DNA of 64,000 nucleotides, taken from NCBI GenBank assembly GCA_037447435.1, contig JBBIGR010000028.1, forward strand, positions 1 to 64,000, written 5' to 3'. Under the pieces are notes generated by a model. The model had not been told where the DNA came from. It did no database searches and was given only the letters and a program-made list of their open reading frames with translations. Both the position numbers and the translations under genes were made by a program. This stretch comes from Fibrobacteria bacterium. GTDB taxonomy: Bacteria; Fibrobacterota; Chitinivibrionia; Chitinivibrionales; FEN-1185. Shown piece after piece: positions 18,888 through 29,450 of the stretch. Each line of letters starts with the position of its first letter. The first letter of the stretch is position 1.

Positions 18888-21800
18888 TTATTCTTTCAGT
18901 TCCCAACATTTGCTCGCACGACCGATGTCCCGGATATCGATTACTTCCCTTGTACCGTCCGAAATTTTCAAATTATACAACGGAATCCACGATGCGTCCC
19001 GGTCGGTAACTTCCCATAATTTCGATATTCGTCCGATGTCCCGGATATCCACAGTTCCGTCGCCGTTGACATCCCCGCAAAGATGCGTGGAAAATATCCG
19101 CAACAGGTTCCCTTTGACTATTGCGAGTTTCGGCTGGCCGAAAGGAGATCCCAGCAAGGCATAGCGTGCGGAATCGGTCGGGCAGCGCGCTCCCGCGCAA
19201 TTCAAATCGCTCACGTATTTCATTGTCGAACAGGAACTGTCGGTCGAAAATGATCTTAAATAGCCGCCATACGACATGATCCATGCATACGAACCGGTTT
19301 GGTCCATATCTATAAGCATCGGCGGCCCTTTAAACTGTTTGAGCGAGTTACCGAGCGAATCGGTGATCTCATGCGGAGTACCGAGAATCGGCAGGGAATC
19401 CGATCCGATATTCGGATAAACAAAAATCCCGATGCCTTCGGAATGTATCACCAAATCCTTTTTGCCGTCGCGGTTGACATCCATTACAAGCGGATACGGT
19501 TTATTTCCCGTAACCGCGCATAACGTTTCCGCAACCGCGTACCTGCCTTGATCGGGTTTCAAAAGAACTATTTTCCCGTTAGACAACGATGCGATGCAGG
19601 AATACCCGCCCGACGTATACCAATCGGTAAATACATGGCCGACGGGGTTAACAAGAGGCGTTCGGACTTCCGCCGAATCGTTCGCGCGCGAAACAAACCC
19701 GCTGTCCGAACCGGTATTGAATCCGAAACAGGTTTTAAACCCGGTTTGCGAAATGACCGACAAATCCTGTCGGCCGTCTCCATTAACATCTGCAAAAGTG
19801 AACTGGCCCGCGGTTGCGGACGAGACCGCGGTATCGACCGTAAAGGAATCCGGCACGGTGAACATGAGCGGTATCGCCGGCTTTAAGGTAACGACGTGGG
19901 AATATATCGAATCCGCCTTTATTTCATATGCCATGCGCTGGGACCTGAAGCCGTTTGCGGCGACTTCAAACCAATAGGTTCCCGGCCGGGCAGTGTACCG
20001 AACCGAATCGGTGCCCAAAAATGTTCCGGGGAAATTCATCGACGGCATACCGTAAATTCGGGCCGTCGACGGTTGCACCTTTACTATGACAGTACCGAAT
20101 TTATTTACGGACAAAATGACGGTACGGCTTGCCGTGGCATATCCGTTTGTCGCATAAAACGTGATCGGATACGAGCCGGTATCGTACGTCACCTGCCAGC
20201 CGAACTCGCCTGTTCCGTCGTTATTCACTTTAAAGGTATAGCCCGGTAATTCGCACGATACCGAGAGCATCGGGATTGTCCCGTTGCAAGGATCGGTTGC
20301 CGTTACCGGAATGCGGACCATATCGCCGAGGGCTGCGCTTTTATCGGGTATGGGCGAAAGTATCGGCGGGAAATTGACTGCGCGAACATCGATGCCGACC
20401 GAAATCGTGTCGCTGAGAAAATGATCCGTGGCCCCTGCACGCAATGTCAATCGCCCGAACGCGTCGCATTTGGGTCTCCAGTAAAAAGTTCCCGTGCCGT
20501 TTCCGTTGTCGACAAATCGGACTCCGGATGGCGCATTGACCGCGAATAATTCGGGAATCGTGCCGTCGGGGTCCTTTGCTTCAACGGTAAGGGCCAAATC
20601 GGTGTTTTGATAGATTACCGTATCGGAATGCGGTAAAAATTTGGGTCCCGTGACATTTTTGTTTTCGACTTTTACGCTGACGGTATCGCTCGTCTGCCAG
20701 GCGGAATTCGTGATATTGCTTGCGGTGATAATAAAAGTAAACGTTCCGGAATCGTGCGGAGTCCATGAAAACAATCCGTTCCCCGCGTTATCGTTAACAA
20801 AGCTCGCTCCCTTCAGCAGCGAGGTCGCGGAAAGTACCGGAACCGTCCCGTCCTGCACCGTCGAACGGGCTAAAACTATCAAAGGCAAATTGATGCCCAC
20901 GGACGTGTCTCGTGCCGAAACAATAAGTGTTGGGGCAAAAAACTGTTTCGGGTCTTGCACCGTAATTATTATGGTATCGCGGACCGCGGTCATATCGTCT
21001 TTGGCCTCGAATATTACCATATAATATCCGGCGTCTTTTTCCTGCGGGGTCCAGATAAGCGTCCCGGTTCCGTCCCCGTTGTCTCTGAACTGCGCGCCCG
21101 GCGGCAAGTTAATCGCCCGCACCTTAGGCGCAGGTCCGTTATCGCAATCTTCCGAATGCACCGTTATGAAAAGCGGCATTTGAAACCAGGCGGTCGTGTC
21201 GTTGGTTTTTGTCAAAACGGGCGGGAAATCAACATCGGTCACCGTGAGATTGATTTGCGTAATTGCCGAATCCATACCGTCGAACACTTTTGCTTTTATA
21301 GAATATGCCCCGTGATCGTTGCAGCCGGTGTTCCATAAAAGTATTGCTTTGCCGTTACCGCTGTCGACGATCGATGCACCGGCAGGTAAAACGTTTGCGG
21401 CGGAAATATGCAAAGCGTTTCCGTCGGGGTCCGATGCGCTTATCGGCAATCGTAAGACGTCTTTTTCCTTTATTGTCGTGTCCGAAACCGCCGTTATCTG
21501 CGGAATACGGTTTTGAACCACGGTTACCTTTTGAATGCCGCTGTCGCAATTCCCGTTATTGTCGCACGCTTTCCACTTTACATTAGTAATACCGACCCGA
21601 TACGCGGAATCCAGAGACAAACCGTCGTCCCGCGATGCGCCGATACTCGACGCGGAACAACTGTCGTATGCCGTTGCGGAAGTCAACGTGACAAAACTAT
21701 TGCTGTTTGCCGCGGCTATTATCACGGTCGTGTCTTTACCGCGCGTAATTCTCGGCGGCGTTACGTCCCTGACAATAACATTTTGATCCTGCGTCGATAC

Positions 21801-24800
21801 ATTGCCGTGGTTGTCGTCGTATTTCCAATGGACGGTGTAATTTCCCTGGGCGGAATAAGAAATCGGATCGGTCGTCGAACCGGTTATCAATCCGGCACAG
21901 TTGTCCGTCGCAGTCGGGCGGGAAAGATTTACCGCGCAAGAACCTTGTATCGTCGGCAAAGCGGAAAGGGAAGGTACCGGCGCGATAGTGTCTTTTATTG
22001 TAACGGATTGGACCTGGGAAACGGTATTGCCACTCGCATCGGTAAATGCCCAATGTACCGTAAAATTGCCTTGCGAATTATACGTCAGAGGATCCGCTGT
22101 CGTACCGACAATCGTCGCTAGGCAATTATCGGTTGTTGTCGGAGGAGACAGCGTTACCGAACATTGCGCTTTAATTGCCGGCAGGGTCGGAACCTGCGGA
22201 GGCGTATTATCCACGATCGATACGATTGCCGTATCGCGACCGATTCCGCCTCGTGAATCGGTTACGGTAAGAATGGCATTGTATCTGCCGACGGGAAGCG
22301 TTACCGTTTGATTTGCTCCGCTCAATGTACCGGCGAACGGTCCTGTCCAAGAATACGTGAGCGCGTCGCCGTCCGCATCGGTGCCCGATCCCGCAAGCGA
22401 GACCGTTGCGTTACAACCGCTTCCTACATTGGCCGACAGGTCGGGGCCCGCATTTGCCGACGGAGCATGATTGCTGCAAATTAAAACCGCGGTTTCGCCC
22501 GATTGCGGACTTCTGCCCGAGACACCGACATTATCGATTGCTCGTATGTAATAGCCGGCGCCACCCGCGGTGATATACGCGGCGCCGATTGTCGATCGGT
22601 ACGTATTTGCGGCAATTATCGCCATGGTATCTACATTGTAAAAAGCGTCGTTGCTTTTTTTATAGTAAAGAATTGCCTTTCGTACGCCGTCGCCGTCGGT
22701 AATCGTTGCGGTTATCGGCACTGCCGTGCCGATGGGCGTACATGCCGGAGACGTCGCAACAATGAGCGGCGCCTCATTGCCCACGGGAATTACCCACGGC
22801 TGTAAATCCGGAGACAGAATATTCGGCGATCGACCGATCAAATGATAATTGTCGGTTGCAAGTATGTAAAAGTCTATTCCCGGGTAATAAACGTCCGATG
22901 CCGGGATAACGGCCTGGTATACGGTTCCGGAAGTCAACGTCATGGGTATTTCGGTATAGGCGCCAACCGACGAGTTTGACCGTCGATAAAAAAGCCGCAC
23001 TCCGGACACCGATCCGTCGTCCGTGACCGAGGCTTGTATGGTAAGGGGAATGCTTGCCGTTTGATTTACCCCTAATTTCGCCGCTGTTGCAGGCGTCAAT
23101 GTTATGACGGGAGGATGATTGTTTTCGTTCCAGTGCGCGGTGTCCCTGCTCGTGCGGGAATTCAATGTGGTGGAAACGACCACGGTGTGCGTATCGCCGT
23201 TAAAAACAACGTCGGGCGACCGGTAACAAAGGATATATTGCGCTTCGACATCGTGTTTTATCTGTGCGTAAATCCGCGCCAAATCGCCTGCGGCAGGCGC
23301 ATAAGAATAATATCCTCCCGTGCTGTCGGCAAGGCTTTTTAAAAGCACCGAATCCACCCCGGAACCGATGCCGATGCAGTATAACGCAACGCCGTTTTGC
23401 CGCGCGTAACGTATCAGGCTGTCTTTTAATGAAGGCGTGTTGCAAACACCGTCGGTAAATAGAATTACCGCTTTGGAATTAGTTTCCGGAATTAGTTGAG
23501 CAATGGCGGGAAAGGTTGCCTCGAGCAGCGGGGTGCCCGAACCGTTCGGAATATGGCTGAGTGCATAATTGAGCAGCGTCGTATCGTTTGTCATCGACTG
23601 GTAAACCGCCCCCGAATCGTACGAAGCTCCGCCGAACGACACTATTGCGCAGCGGTCGAAAATGTCCATCGTTTTCACATATTCTTTTGCGCTGTTGCAG
23701 GCGTCTATCAACGGTTGCGGTTGCATCGACCCGCTATTATCGATCAATAAGGTCACCGAAGTCGCTTGGACATTGGTAATCGACGTCAGTTGAAAGGGGA
23801 CCGTCGCCCCGTCCTGTGTCACCGTAAACTCACTTGAATCAAGACCGGTTATACTTCTACCCGCCGTATCGGTGACCGAAGCCGTAATGCAAATATCCGG
23901 ATGCCCCGAAATATTGACATCGACGATTCTCGTTCGCGGCTTTGTTAAGGGATTCAAAATATAATTAGGCGTAATTTTGGCTTTTACGCCGCCCGATACG
24001 GCCACCCTCGTTGAAACGTTATTCGGGGTCGCGATGGTCGCGCTCCCTTGTGTCAATGACCATGAAGTGAATAAATAACCCCCGTTTGCGCTCGCGGTAA
24101 CGCTGGTATCATGTCCCGACAAAATAAACACCGTGTCCTTGGGGACGGTAAACCCGTACGACGACCGCGCTATAATCAGCGTATCGTGCGGATAGGAATT
24201 GAATACCGCCCGAATCGTAGCGTCGCCCGTGGCCATTGTGACGGTTGTTGCGGAGGAAGTCGTATTTGCAATTGTTGCGCTTCCGCTTACGAGTTCCCAT
24301 CTTGAAAAGTAATAGATCGGGTTTTTCGGCGTCGCTGTGATCGAAACCGTCGCATTTGGAATTTCGGGATTTGAACCCTTCGGGGTAGTTGTTCCATAGC
24401 CGTTGTTGATAACCGTGAGTGTTGGCGTGGTGGCGTAATGGATGGCGAAATTATTCGACCAATATGACGATGAAAGCGGAACAACCATGAAATAATAGGT
24501 TATTCCCGCCGTCGCGGAAATCATATATGTCAATGTTCCCGAACCGTATTGCGAGACGGGGGTTCCGCTGAATGCGGAATTCGTTCCATAGTAATAAAGG
24601 TACTTGTATGAACCGGCGGAAACATCCGAAACCACAAACGCATAACTTCCGCTTGCGGGAGCGGTAAAGCTAAAAGCAACGCCGCCGCTCGGCGAAATAC
24701 CGGCGTAATAATTTGTCGTAAAATTATAGGTTATATCGGTGCTTGATATCGGATTGATAGTTCCTGCGGTAAAATTCGCCTGTATCGCGGCGTCGGCAGT

Positions 24801-27800
24801 GATCGAAGCCGACGTAGAATAACTCGTCGGGCTAACTATCGTTGCCGTTCCGTTGGTCACGGTCCAATTATTAAATCGGTACCCTGCATTCGGCGTCGCG
24901 GTTATTGTCTGGGAAACGCCCGATATCATCGCGGTATTCCCCGACGGCGTAGTGGTTCCATGACCGTCGTTCGAAACCACAAGCGTCGGAATCGTCATAT
25001 ATCGAATGGAAAAATTATTTGACCAATACGACGATGAAGTAGGAATAACTTTAAAGTAATACGTCACTCCCGCCGTGGCGGAGAGAGGAAAGGTCAAAGT
25101 CCCCGCTCCATAACGATAATCCAAATAGCTGCCGAAGCCTGTACTTGTCCCATAATAATAAAGATATTTGGTTGACGACAGGGCCCCGTCCGATACGACA
25201 ACGGCATAACTGCCTGTTGACGGCGCCGTAAAACTGAATGCCGCACCGCCCGAGGGGTCTACGCCGGAATAATAGTTCGAGGTGAAATTGTAAGAGACAT
25301 CGCTGGCGGTTATGGCATTTATTACGCCGGCGGAAAAATTTGCCTGGATGGTGGCGTTCCCGTTCAGGGTAACCGTTGTCGAATAGCTTGTTGAATTCGC
25401 AATAGTTGCGGAACCGCTCGGAATTGTCCAATTATTGAATTTATAGCCAATGCTTGGCGTTGCGGATATGCTTTGCGCCACTCCGGCAACGACCGCAGTA
25501 TTGCCTGTTGGAGATGTTGTTCCGTGCCCATCATTCAAAACGGAAAGGGTTGGCGCGGGAGTTTGCCTAATTGTAAAACTGTTCGACCAGTAGGAAGAAG
25601 AGTACGGTGAAACAATGAAATAGTAGGTTGTAGCCGCAGTGGTAGTAAATATATACGTCATTGTCCCGCTACCGTATGTGTAACCGGAATAGCTGGCGAA
25701 TGTGGAATTCGTTCCGTAGTTGAATAAATATTTGGTTGACGTAGCAGACACATCGGATATGACCAGCGCATAACTTCCCGCTGCCGGGACGGTGACGCTG
25801 AACGCAACGCCGCCCGACGGATCGTTTCCCGTATAATAATGAGTTGTAAAATTATAGGCGGAGTCTGTCCCGGTAATTTGATGCACGATTCCCGTCGTAA
25901 AATTTGCTTGAATCGTAGCGTTTGCGTTTAAAATAACGGTTGTTGAGTAAAGAGAAGGATTGGCAATCGTCGCGCTTCCGCTCACCACCGACCAGTTATT
26001 GAAACGATACCCGCTGTTGGATGTGGCGGTTATTGTTTGCGCGACGCCCGGTGCAACTATCGTACTTCCCGTCGGGCTCGTTGAACCATGGCCGTCATTT
26101 GTCATCGATAACGTCGGCGCAACCGCCTGATGCACGGAAAAATTATTTGACCAATAAGAACTGCCGTCCGCTATAACCTTAAAGTAATAGGTTGCCGGCG
26201 CGGCTACGGTAAGCAGATACGTTAATGTTCCTGTTCCGTACCGGTAGTCGACAGTACTGCTAAAGGTCGAACTGGTGCCATAATTGTAAAGATACTTATA
26301 CGAAGTGGTTGAAACGTCTGTAACAACAATTGCATACGTTCCTGCAGCCGGTAGTGTTATGCTCAGGGCAACGCCGGTCGAAGGATCGTTCCCCGAATAA
26401 TAATGCGTTGTAAAATTGTAGGTCGAATCGAAGCCGGTTACAGTATGGATGATTCCCGGATTAAAGGTTGCCTGTACGGTCGCATCCGCAGATACGGTGG
26501 CCGTTGTCGAATAGCTTGTCGGTGAAGCGATCGTAGCGTTTCCGTTTGTCACTATCCAGTTGTTGAACCGGTAGCCGGCATTCGAAGATGCGGTAATCGT
26601 TTGGGCAACACCCGACACCACCGCAGTTGCCCCGGAGGGAGTCGTGGTGCCGTTGCCATTGTTTGTTACCGTTAATGTCGGCGTCGAGTTTTGCCGGATG
26701 GAAAAATTATTCGGCCAATAGGCTGAGTTTGCGGGTACAATTTTAAAATAATACGTTTGCCCCGCAGTTGCGGAAAAAGCGCAAGTCAAGGTCCCTGCTC
26801 CGTATTGCGACGCAAGGGCGCTGGAAAAGGTGGAACTTGTTCCATAACTGTAAAGGTATTTGTATGATGCCGAAACGTCGGAAACAACTATCGCACAACT
26901 GCCCGAAGAAGCGGCATAATAGCTAAAAGCAACTCCGCCCGACGGATCGTACCCCGAATAATAATTCGTTGTAAAATTATACGTCGCATCGCTGCCGGTA
27001 ACGGTATAAATTGTTCCGGCCGAAAAATTGGCCTGAATTGTCGCGTTCGACGTCAGGGTGGCCGTTGTTGAATAACTTGATGGGCCGGCAATACTCGCAC
27101 TGCCGCCCGCGACGGTCCAATTGACAAAACGATATCCGGTACTTGGTGATGCAACGATTGATTGCGGAACACCCGAAACGACGGGAGTGCTTCCTGTCGG
27201 CGATGTCGTTCCGCTGCCGCTGCTCGACATGGTAAGCGTCGGCGTGGACGATTGCCTAATTGTAAAGTTATTCGACCAATAGGAAGAAGAATAAGGTACT
27301 ACTTTAAAGTAGTATGTCGCCGCTGTTGTGGTAGTGAACAAATACGTTATGGTGCCGGATCCGTACTGCGAGCCGAGTAGAGACGAGAATGAACTGTTCG
27401 TACCGTAACAGTATAAATATTTGGTTGAAGAAATAGACACATCCGAAACCGTGATGGCATAACTTCCGGCCCCGGGAATGGCACAGCTGAACGCCACGCC
27501 TCCCGTTGGATCGTAGCCTGTATAGAAATTGGTCGTAAAATTGTACGTCGCATCGCTGCCGGTAATTCCATAAATTGTTCCGGCCGAAAAATTGGCCTGA
27601 ATTGTCGCATTCGACGTCAGGGTTGCCGTTGTTGAATAACTTGATGGACCGGCAATGCTCGCACTGCCGCTGGTGACGGTCCAACCGTTGAATCGATTTC
27701 CGGTACTTGGTGATGCAACGATTGATTGCGGAACACCCGAAACGACGGGAGTGCTTCCTGTCGGCGATGTCGTTCCGCTGCCGCTGCTCGACATGGTAAG

Positions 27801-28940
27801 CGTCGGCGTAGATGATTGTCGAATGGTAAAGTTATTTGTCCAATAAGAACTGCCGTTCGGTACGACCTTGAAATAATAGGTCGTTCCTCCGACGGCGGTA
27901 AACGCATACGTCAAAACGCCGCTGCCGTACTGTGATCCCGCAATACTGCTAAAGGTCGAGCCGGTCCCGTAATAATAAAGATATTTATACGATGCGAGGC
28001 TGGGGTCGCCGATCGTTATGGCATAACTTCCGGATGTTGAAGGCGTAAAACTAAAAGCGACGCCGCCCGACGGGTCCACGCCGGTATAATAATTGGTCGT
28101 AAAATTGTATGATACGTCGCTGCCGGAAATGGTATTAATTTGTCCCGGAGTAAAATTAGCCTGAACAGTCGCATTGGAATGCAATGTTGCCGTTGTCGAA
28201 TAATTTGAAGAATTCGCTATTGTCGGACTACCGCTTGTTATTGTCCAATTTGCGAAACGATATCCCAAGGTTGGTGTTGCCGTTATTGTTTGAGCGATGC
28301 CGGTATCAACAGGAATAAGGCCGGTCGGTACGGAAGTTCCGCCCGTTCCTGCATTTACGGTCAACGAACATTGCACGGGATGATAAATCTTTATATTATC
28401 GACATACCAACCGGGATTAACAACGCTCACATCACTGGTTAAAGTGAATCGAAGCCGAATTGAAGAATTACGATACGTACTCAAACTATACTTTTCTTGA
28501 GTCCAAACCGTATTTGAACTGCCGGTGGAAAAAAGTTGATTCCAAACTCCGCTGGCATTTTGTTCAATTTCTAAAATTATTCTATCACAGCATGATTCCA
28601 ACTGATACCAATCTGTATACATAAGCCTGATCGTATCGACATTCGGCAAGGTAATTGACGGAGTAACCATTTGATAATTGGCGTTGTTAGCATAACTTCC
28701 ATTTAATATTGTCCCCGCACACTTTGTCCCTTCGGGCACGGTATTTGGCGTTACGGTCGGCGTACCGAATTCCCATCCTCCTCCGGTAACCGTCATTGAA
28801 GACGTTCCTTCAAAATTCTCGGAATAATATACCGATTGAGCCATGACGGATGAAAACAGTACACCTATAAGAATCACCAGCCCGAAACAATTTCGAGTTG
28901 TTTTCAGTGAAAACGAGGCTGTTTTTCTTGCCATTGTCAC
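18888..28940 (-). CDS. Giant (3350 aa) repetitive adhesin-like protein: N-terminal jelly-roll, tandem two-domain repeats, vWA, PKD/HYR/cadherin-like Ig, FG-GAP, C-terminal dockerin
   Basis: Signal peptide; GWYVDNI; vWA MIDAS LLIDNSGSM...LFTDG; NHAPSANAGPD; DVNGDGRQDL; terminal GDVNGDGTVDIRDIG...VIDIRDIG. Confidence 0.85.
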   Translation of the reverse strand: MTMARKTASFSLKTTRNCFGLVILIGVLFSSVMAQSVYYSENFEGTSSMTVTGGGWEFGTPTVTPNTVPEGTKCAGTILNGSYANNANYQMVTPSITLPNVDTIRLMYTDWYQLESCCDRIILEIEQNASGVWNQLFSTGSSNTVWTQEKYSLSTYRNSSIRLRFTLTSDVSVVNPGWYVDNIKIYHPVQCSLTVNAGTGGTSVPTGLIPVDTGIAQTITATPTLGYRFANWTITSGSPTIANSSNYSTTATLHSNATVQANFTPGQINTISGSDVSYNFTTNYYTGVDPSGGVAFSFTPSTSGSYAITIGDPSLASYKYLYYYGTGSTFSSIAGSQYGSGVLTYAFTAVGGTTYYFKVVPNGSSYWTNNFTIRQSSTPTLTMSSSGSGTTSPTGSTPVVSGVPQSIVASPSTGNRFNGWTVTSGSASIAGPSSYSTTATLTSNATIQANFSAGTIYGITGSDATYNFTTNFYTGYDPTGGVAFSCAIPGAGSYAITVSDVSISSTKYLYCYGTNSSFSSLLGSQYGSGTITYLFTTTTAATYYFKVVPYSSSYWSNNFTIRQSSTPTLTMSSSGSGTTSPTGSTPVVSGVPQSIVASPSTGYRFVNWTVAGGSASIAGPSSYSTTATLTSNATIQANFSAGTIYTVTGSDATYNFTTNYYSGYDPSGGVAFSYYAASSGSCAIVVSDVSASYKYLYSYGTSSTFSSALASQYGAGTLTCAFSATAGQTYYFKIVPANSAYWPNNFSIRQNSTPTLTVTNNGNGTTTPSGATAVVSGVAQTITASSNAGYRFNNWIVTNGNATIASPTSYSTTATVSADATVQATFNPGIIHTVTGFDSTYNFTTHYYSGNDPSTGVALSITLPAAGTYAIVVTDVSTTSYKYLYNYGTSSTFSSTVDYRYGTGTLTYLLTVAAPATYYFKVIADGSSYWSNNFSVHQAVAPTLSMTNDGHGSTSPTGSTIVAPGVAQTITATSNSGYRFNNWSVVSGSATIANPSLYSTTVILNANATIQANFTTGIVHQITGTDSAYNFTTHYYTGNDPSGGVAFSVTVPAAGSYALVISDVSATSTKYLFNYGTNSTFASYSGYTYGSGTMTYIFTTTAATTYYFIVSPYSSSYWSNSFTIRQTPAPTLSVLNDGHGTTSPTGNTAVVAGVAQSISATPSIGYKFNNWTIPSGSATIANSTSYSTTVTLNGNATIQANFSAGVINAITASDVSYNFTSNYYSGVDPSGGAAFSFTAPSTGSYAVVVSDGALSSTKYLYYYGTSTGFGSYLDYRYGAGTLTFPLSATAGVTYYFKVIPTSSSYWSNNFSIRYMTIPTLVVSNDGHGTTTPSGNTAMISGVSQTITATPNAGYRFNNWTVTNGTATIVSPTSYSTSASITADAAIQANFTAGTINPISSTDITYNFTTNYYAGISPSGGVAFSFTAPASGSYAFVVSDVSAGSYKYLYYYGTNSAFSGTPVSQYGSGTLTYMISATAGITYYFMVVPLSSSYWSNNFAIHYATTPTLTVINNGYGTTTPKGSNPEIPNATVSITATPKNPIYYFSRWELVSGSATIANTTSSATTVTMATGDATIRAVFNSYPHDTLIIARSSYGFTVPKDTVFILSGHDTSVTASANGGYLFTSWSLTQGSATIATPNNVSTRVAVSGGVKAKITPNYILNPLTKPRTRIVDVNISGHPDICITASVTDTAGRSITGLDSSEFTVTQDGATVPFQLTSITNVQATSVTLLIDNSGSMQPQPLIDACNSAKEYVKTMDIFDRCAIVSFGGASYDSGAVYQSMTNDTTLLNYALSHIPNGSGTPLLEATFPAIAQLIPETNSKAVILFTDGVCNTPSLKDSLIRYARQNGVALYCIGIGSGVDSVLLKSLADSTGGYYSYAPAAGDLARIYAQIKHDVEAQYILCYRSPDVVFNGDTHTVVVSTTLNSRTSRDTAHWNENNHPPVITLTPATAAKLGVNQTASIPLTIQASVTDDGSVSGVRLFYRRSNSSVGAYTEIPMTLTSGTVYQAVIPASDVYYPGIDFYILATDNYHLIGRSPNILSPDLQPWVIPVGNEAPLIVATSPACTPIGTAVPITATITDGDGVRKAILYYKKSNDAFYNVDTMAIIAANTYRSTIGAAYITAGGAGYYIRAIDNVGVSGRSPQSGETAVLICSNHAPSANAGPDLSANVGSGCNATVSLAGSGTDADGDALTYSWTGPFAGTLSGANQTVTLPVGRYNAILTVTDSRGGIGRDTAIVSIVDNTPPQVPTLPAIKAQCSVTLSPPTTTDNCLATIVGTTADPLTYNSQGNFTVHWAFTDASGNTVSQVQSVTIKDTIAPVPSLSALPTIQGSCAVNLSRPTATDNCAGLITGSTTDPISYSAQGNYTVHWKYDDNHGNVSTQDQNVIVRDVTPPRITRGKDTTVIIAAANSNSFVTLTSATAYDSCSASSIGASRDDGLSLDSAYRVGITNVKWKACDNNGNCDSGIQKVTVVQNRIPQITAVSDTTIKEKDVLRLPISASDPDGNALHISAANVLPAGASIVDSGNGKAILLWNTGCNDHGAYSIKAKVFDGMDSAITQINLTVTDVDFPPVLTKTNDTTAWFQMPLFITVHSEDCDNGPAPKVRAINLPPGAQFRDNGDGTGTLIWTPQEKDAGYYMVIFEAKDDMTAVRDTIIITVQDPKQFFAPTLIVSARDTSVGINLPLIVLARSTVQDGTVPVLSATSLLKGASFVNDNAGNGLFSWTPHDSGTFTFIITASNITNSAWQTSDTVSVKVENKNVTGPKFLPHSDTVIYQNTDLALTVEAKDPDGTIPELFAVNAPSGVRFVDNGNGTGTFYWRPKCDAFGRLTLRAGATDHFLSDTISVGIDVRAVNFPPILSPIPDKSAALGDMVRIPVTATDPCNGTIPMLSVSCELPGYTFKVNNDGTGEFGWQVTYDTGSYPITFYATNGYATASRTVILSVNKFGTVIVKVQPSTARIYGMPSMNFPGTFLGTDSVRYTARPGTYWFEVAANGFRSQRMAYEIKADSIYSHVVTLKPAIPLMFTVPDSFTVDTAVSSATAGQFTFADVNGDGRQDLSVISQTGFKTCFGFNTGSDSGFVSRANDSAEVRTPLVNPVGHVFTDWYTSGGYSCIASLSNGKIVLLKPDQGRYAVAETLCAVTGNKPYPLVMDVNRDGKKDLVIHSEGIGIFVYPNIGSDSLPILGTPHEITDSLGNSLKQFKGPPMLIDMDQTGSYAWIMSYGGYLRSFSTDSSCSTMKYVSDLNCAGARCPTDSARYALLGSPFGQPKLAIVKGNLLRIFSTHLCGDVNGDGTVDIRDIGRISKLWEVTDRDASWIPLYNLKISDGTREVIDIRDIGRASKCWELKE
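24425..28375 (-). repeat. Seven intragenic tandem repeats of about 188 aa / 564 bp
   Basis: Each unit is an InlB-B/Flg_new-like module (GYRF..W...ANF) plus a PPC-like module (YNFTT.YY.G.DP.GGVAF...TYYFKV). Confidence 0.9.
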
Positions 28941-29244
28941 GCGTTCCGCCTTTTTTTAGGTTCTCCAAGGCACTTTACTTTATCGTTATTTCGGCAAACA
29001 ATATATATAACGGATTTTTTTTGTCAATGTTTATATTGTAATAATTGATTATCAAGTCTCGCCAATATGTGAAGTTAGTAGCATATGTATCCGATTTGTC
29101 TTATCGAACCTCGACATGAGGTAAAAGTACCGGTTAATTTAATAGGATTGCGAGGAAAAAAAGCGACAAAATTGTCGTTTTTTTAAAAAAAACAAGTTTT
29201 TATACGGTTTTTATGGAAAAATTTCTATACTTTGCATAAAAATA

Positions 29245-29260
29245 TGCAATTTTCACGCCA
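29245..29260 (-). promoter_or_regulatory. Putative sigma54 promoter for the surface-protein cluster
   Basis: Minus strand TGGCGT-GAAAA-TTGCA with correct -24 GG / -12 GC spacing, about 300 bp upstream of the giant gene. Confidence 0.6.
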
Positions 29261-29394
29261 ATAATAGTATTTGTTAATTCCGGACATTTGACCTAAAACC
29301 GTTTAAAACAGTGTCAACGTTAGGATTTGCCGTCTCATTTACAAAACGGTTTGACGAGTAGGTAGGTAAAAATTTCCTATCTGTGGATTCCGGA

Positions 29395-29434
29395 TTTGTA
29401 AAAATAACCGAATTGTTTCGGTTATTTTTACAAA
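29395..29434 (-). terminator. Intrinsic terminator-like hairpin
   Basis: Perfect 18-bp stem TTTGTAAAAATAACCGAA with 4-nt loop, just downstream of the TPR gene stop. Confidence 0.75.
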
Positions 29435-29450
29435 CAGGATCTGCCGATGA

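Noticed and set aside
18888..28940. Giant protein as a cellulosomal enzyme or DGR target
   Set aside because: No glycoside hydrolase domain recognised, and no reverse transcriptase or adenine-specific TR/VR pair seen.
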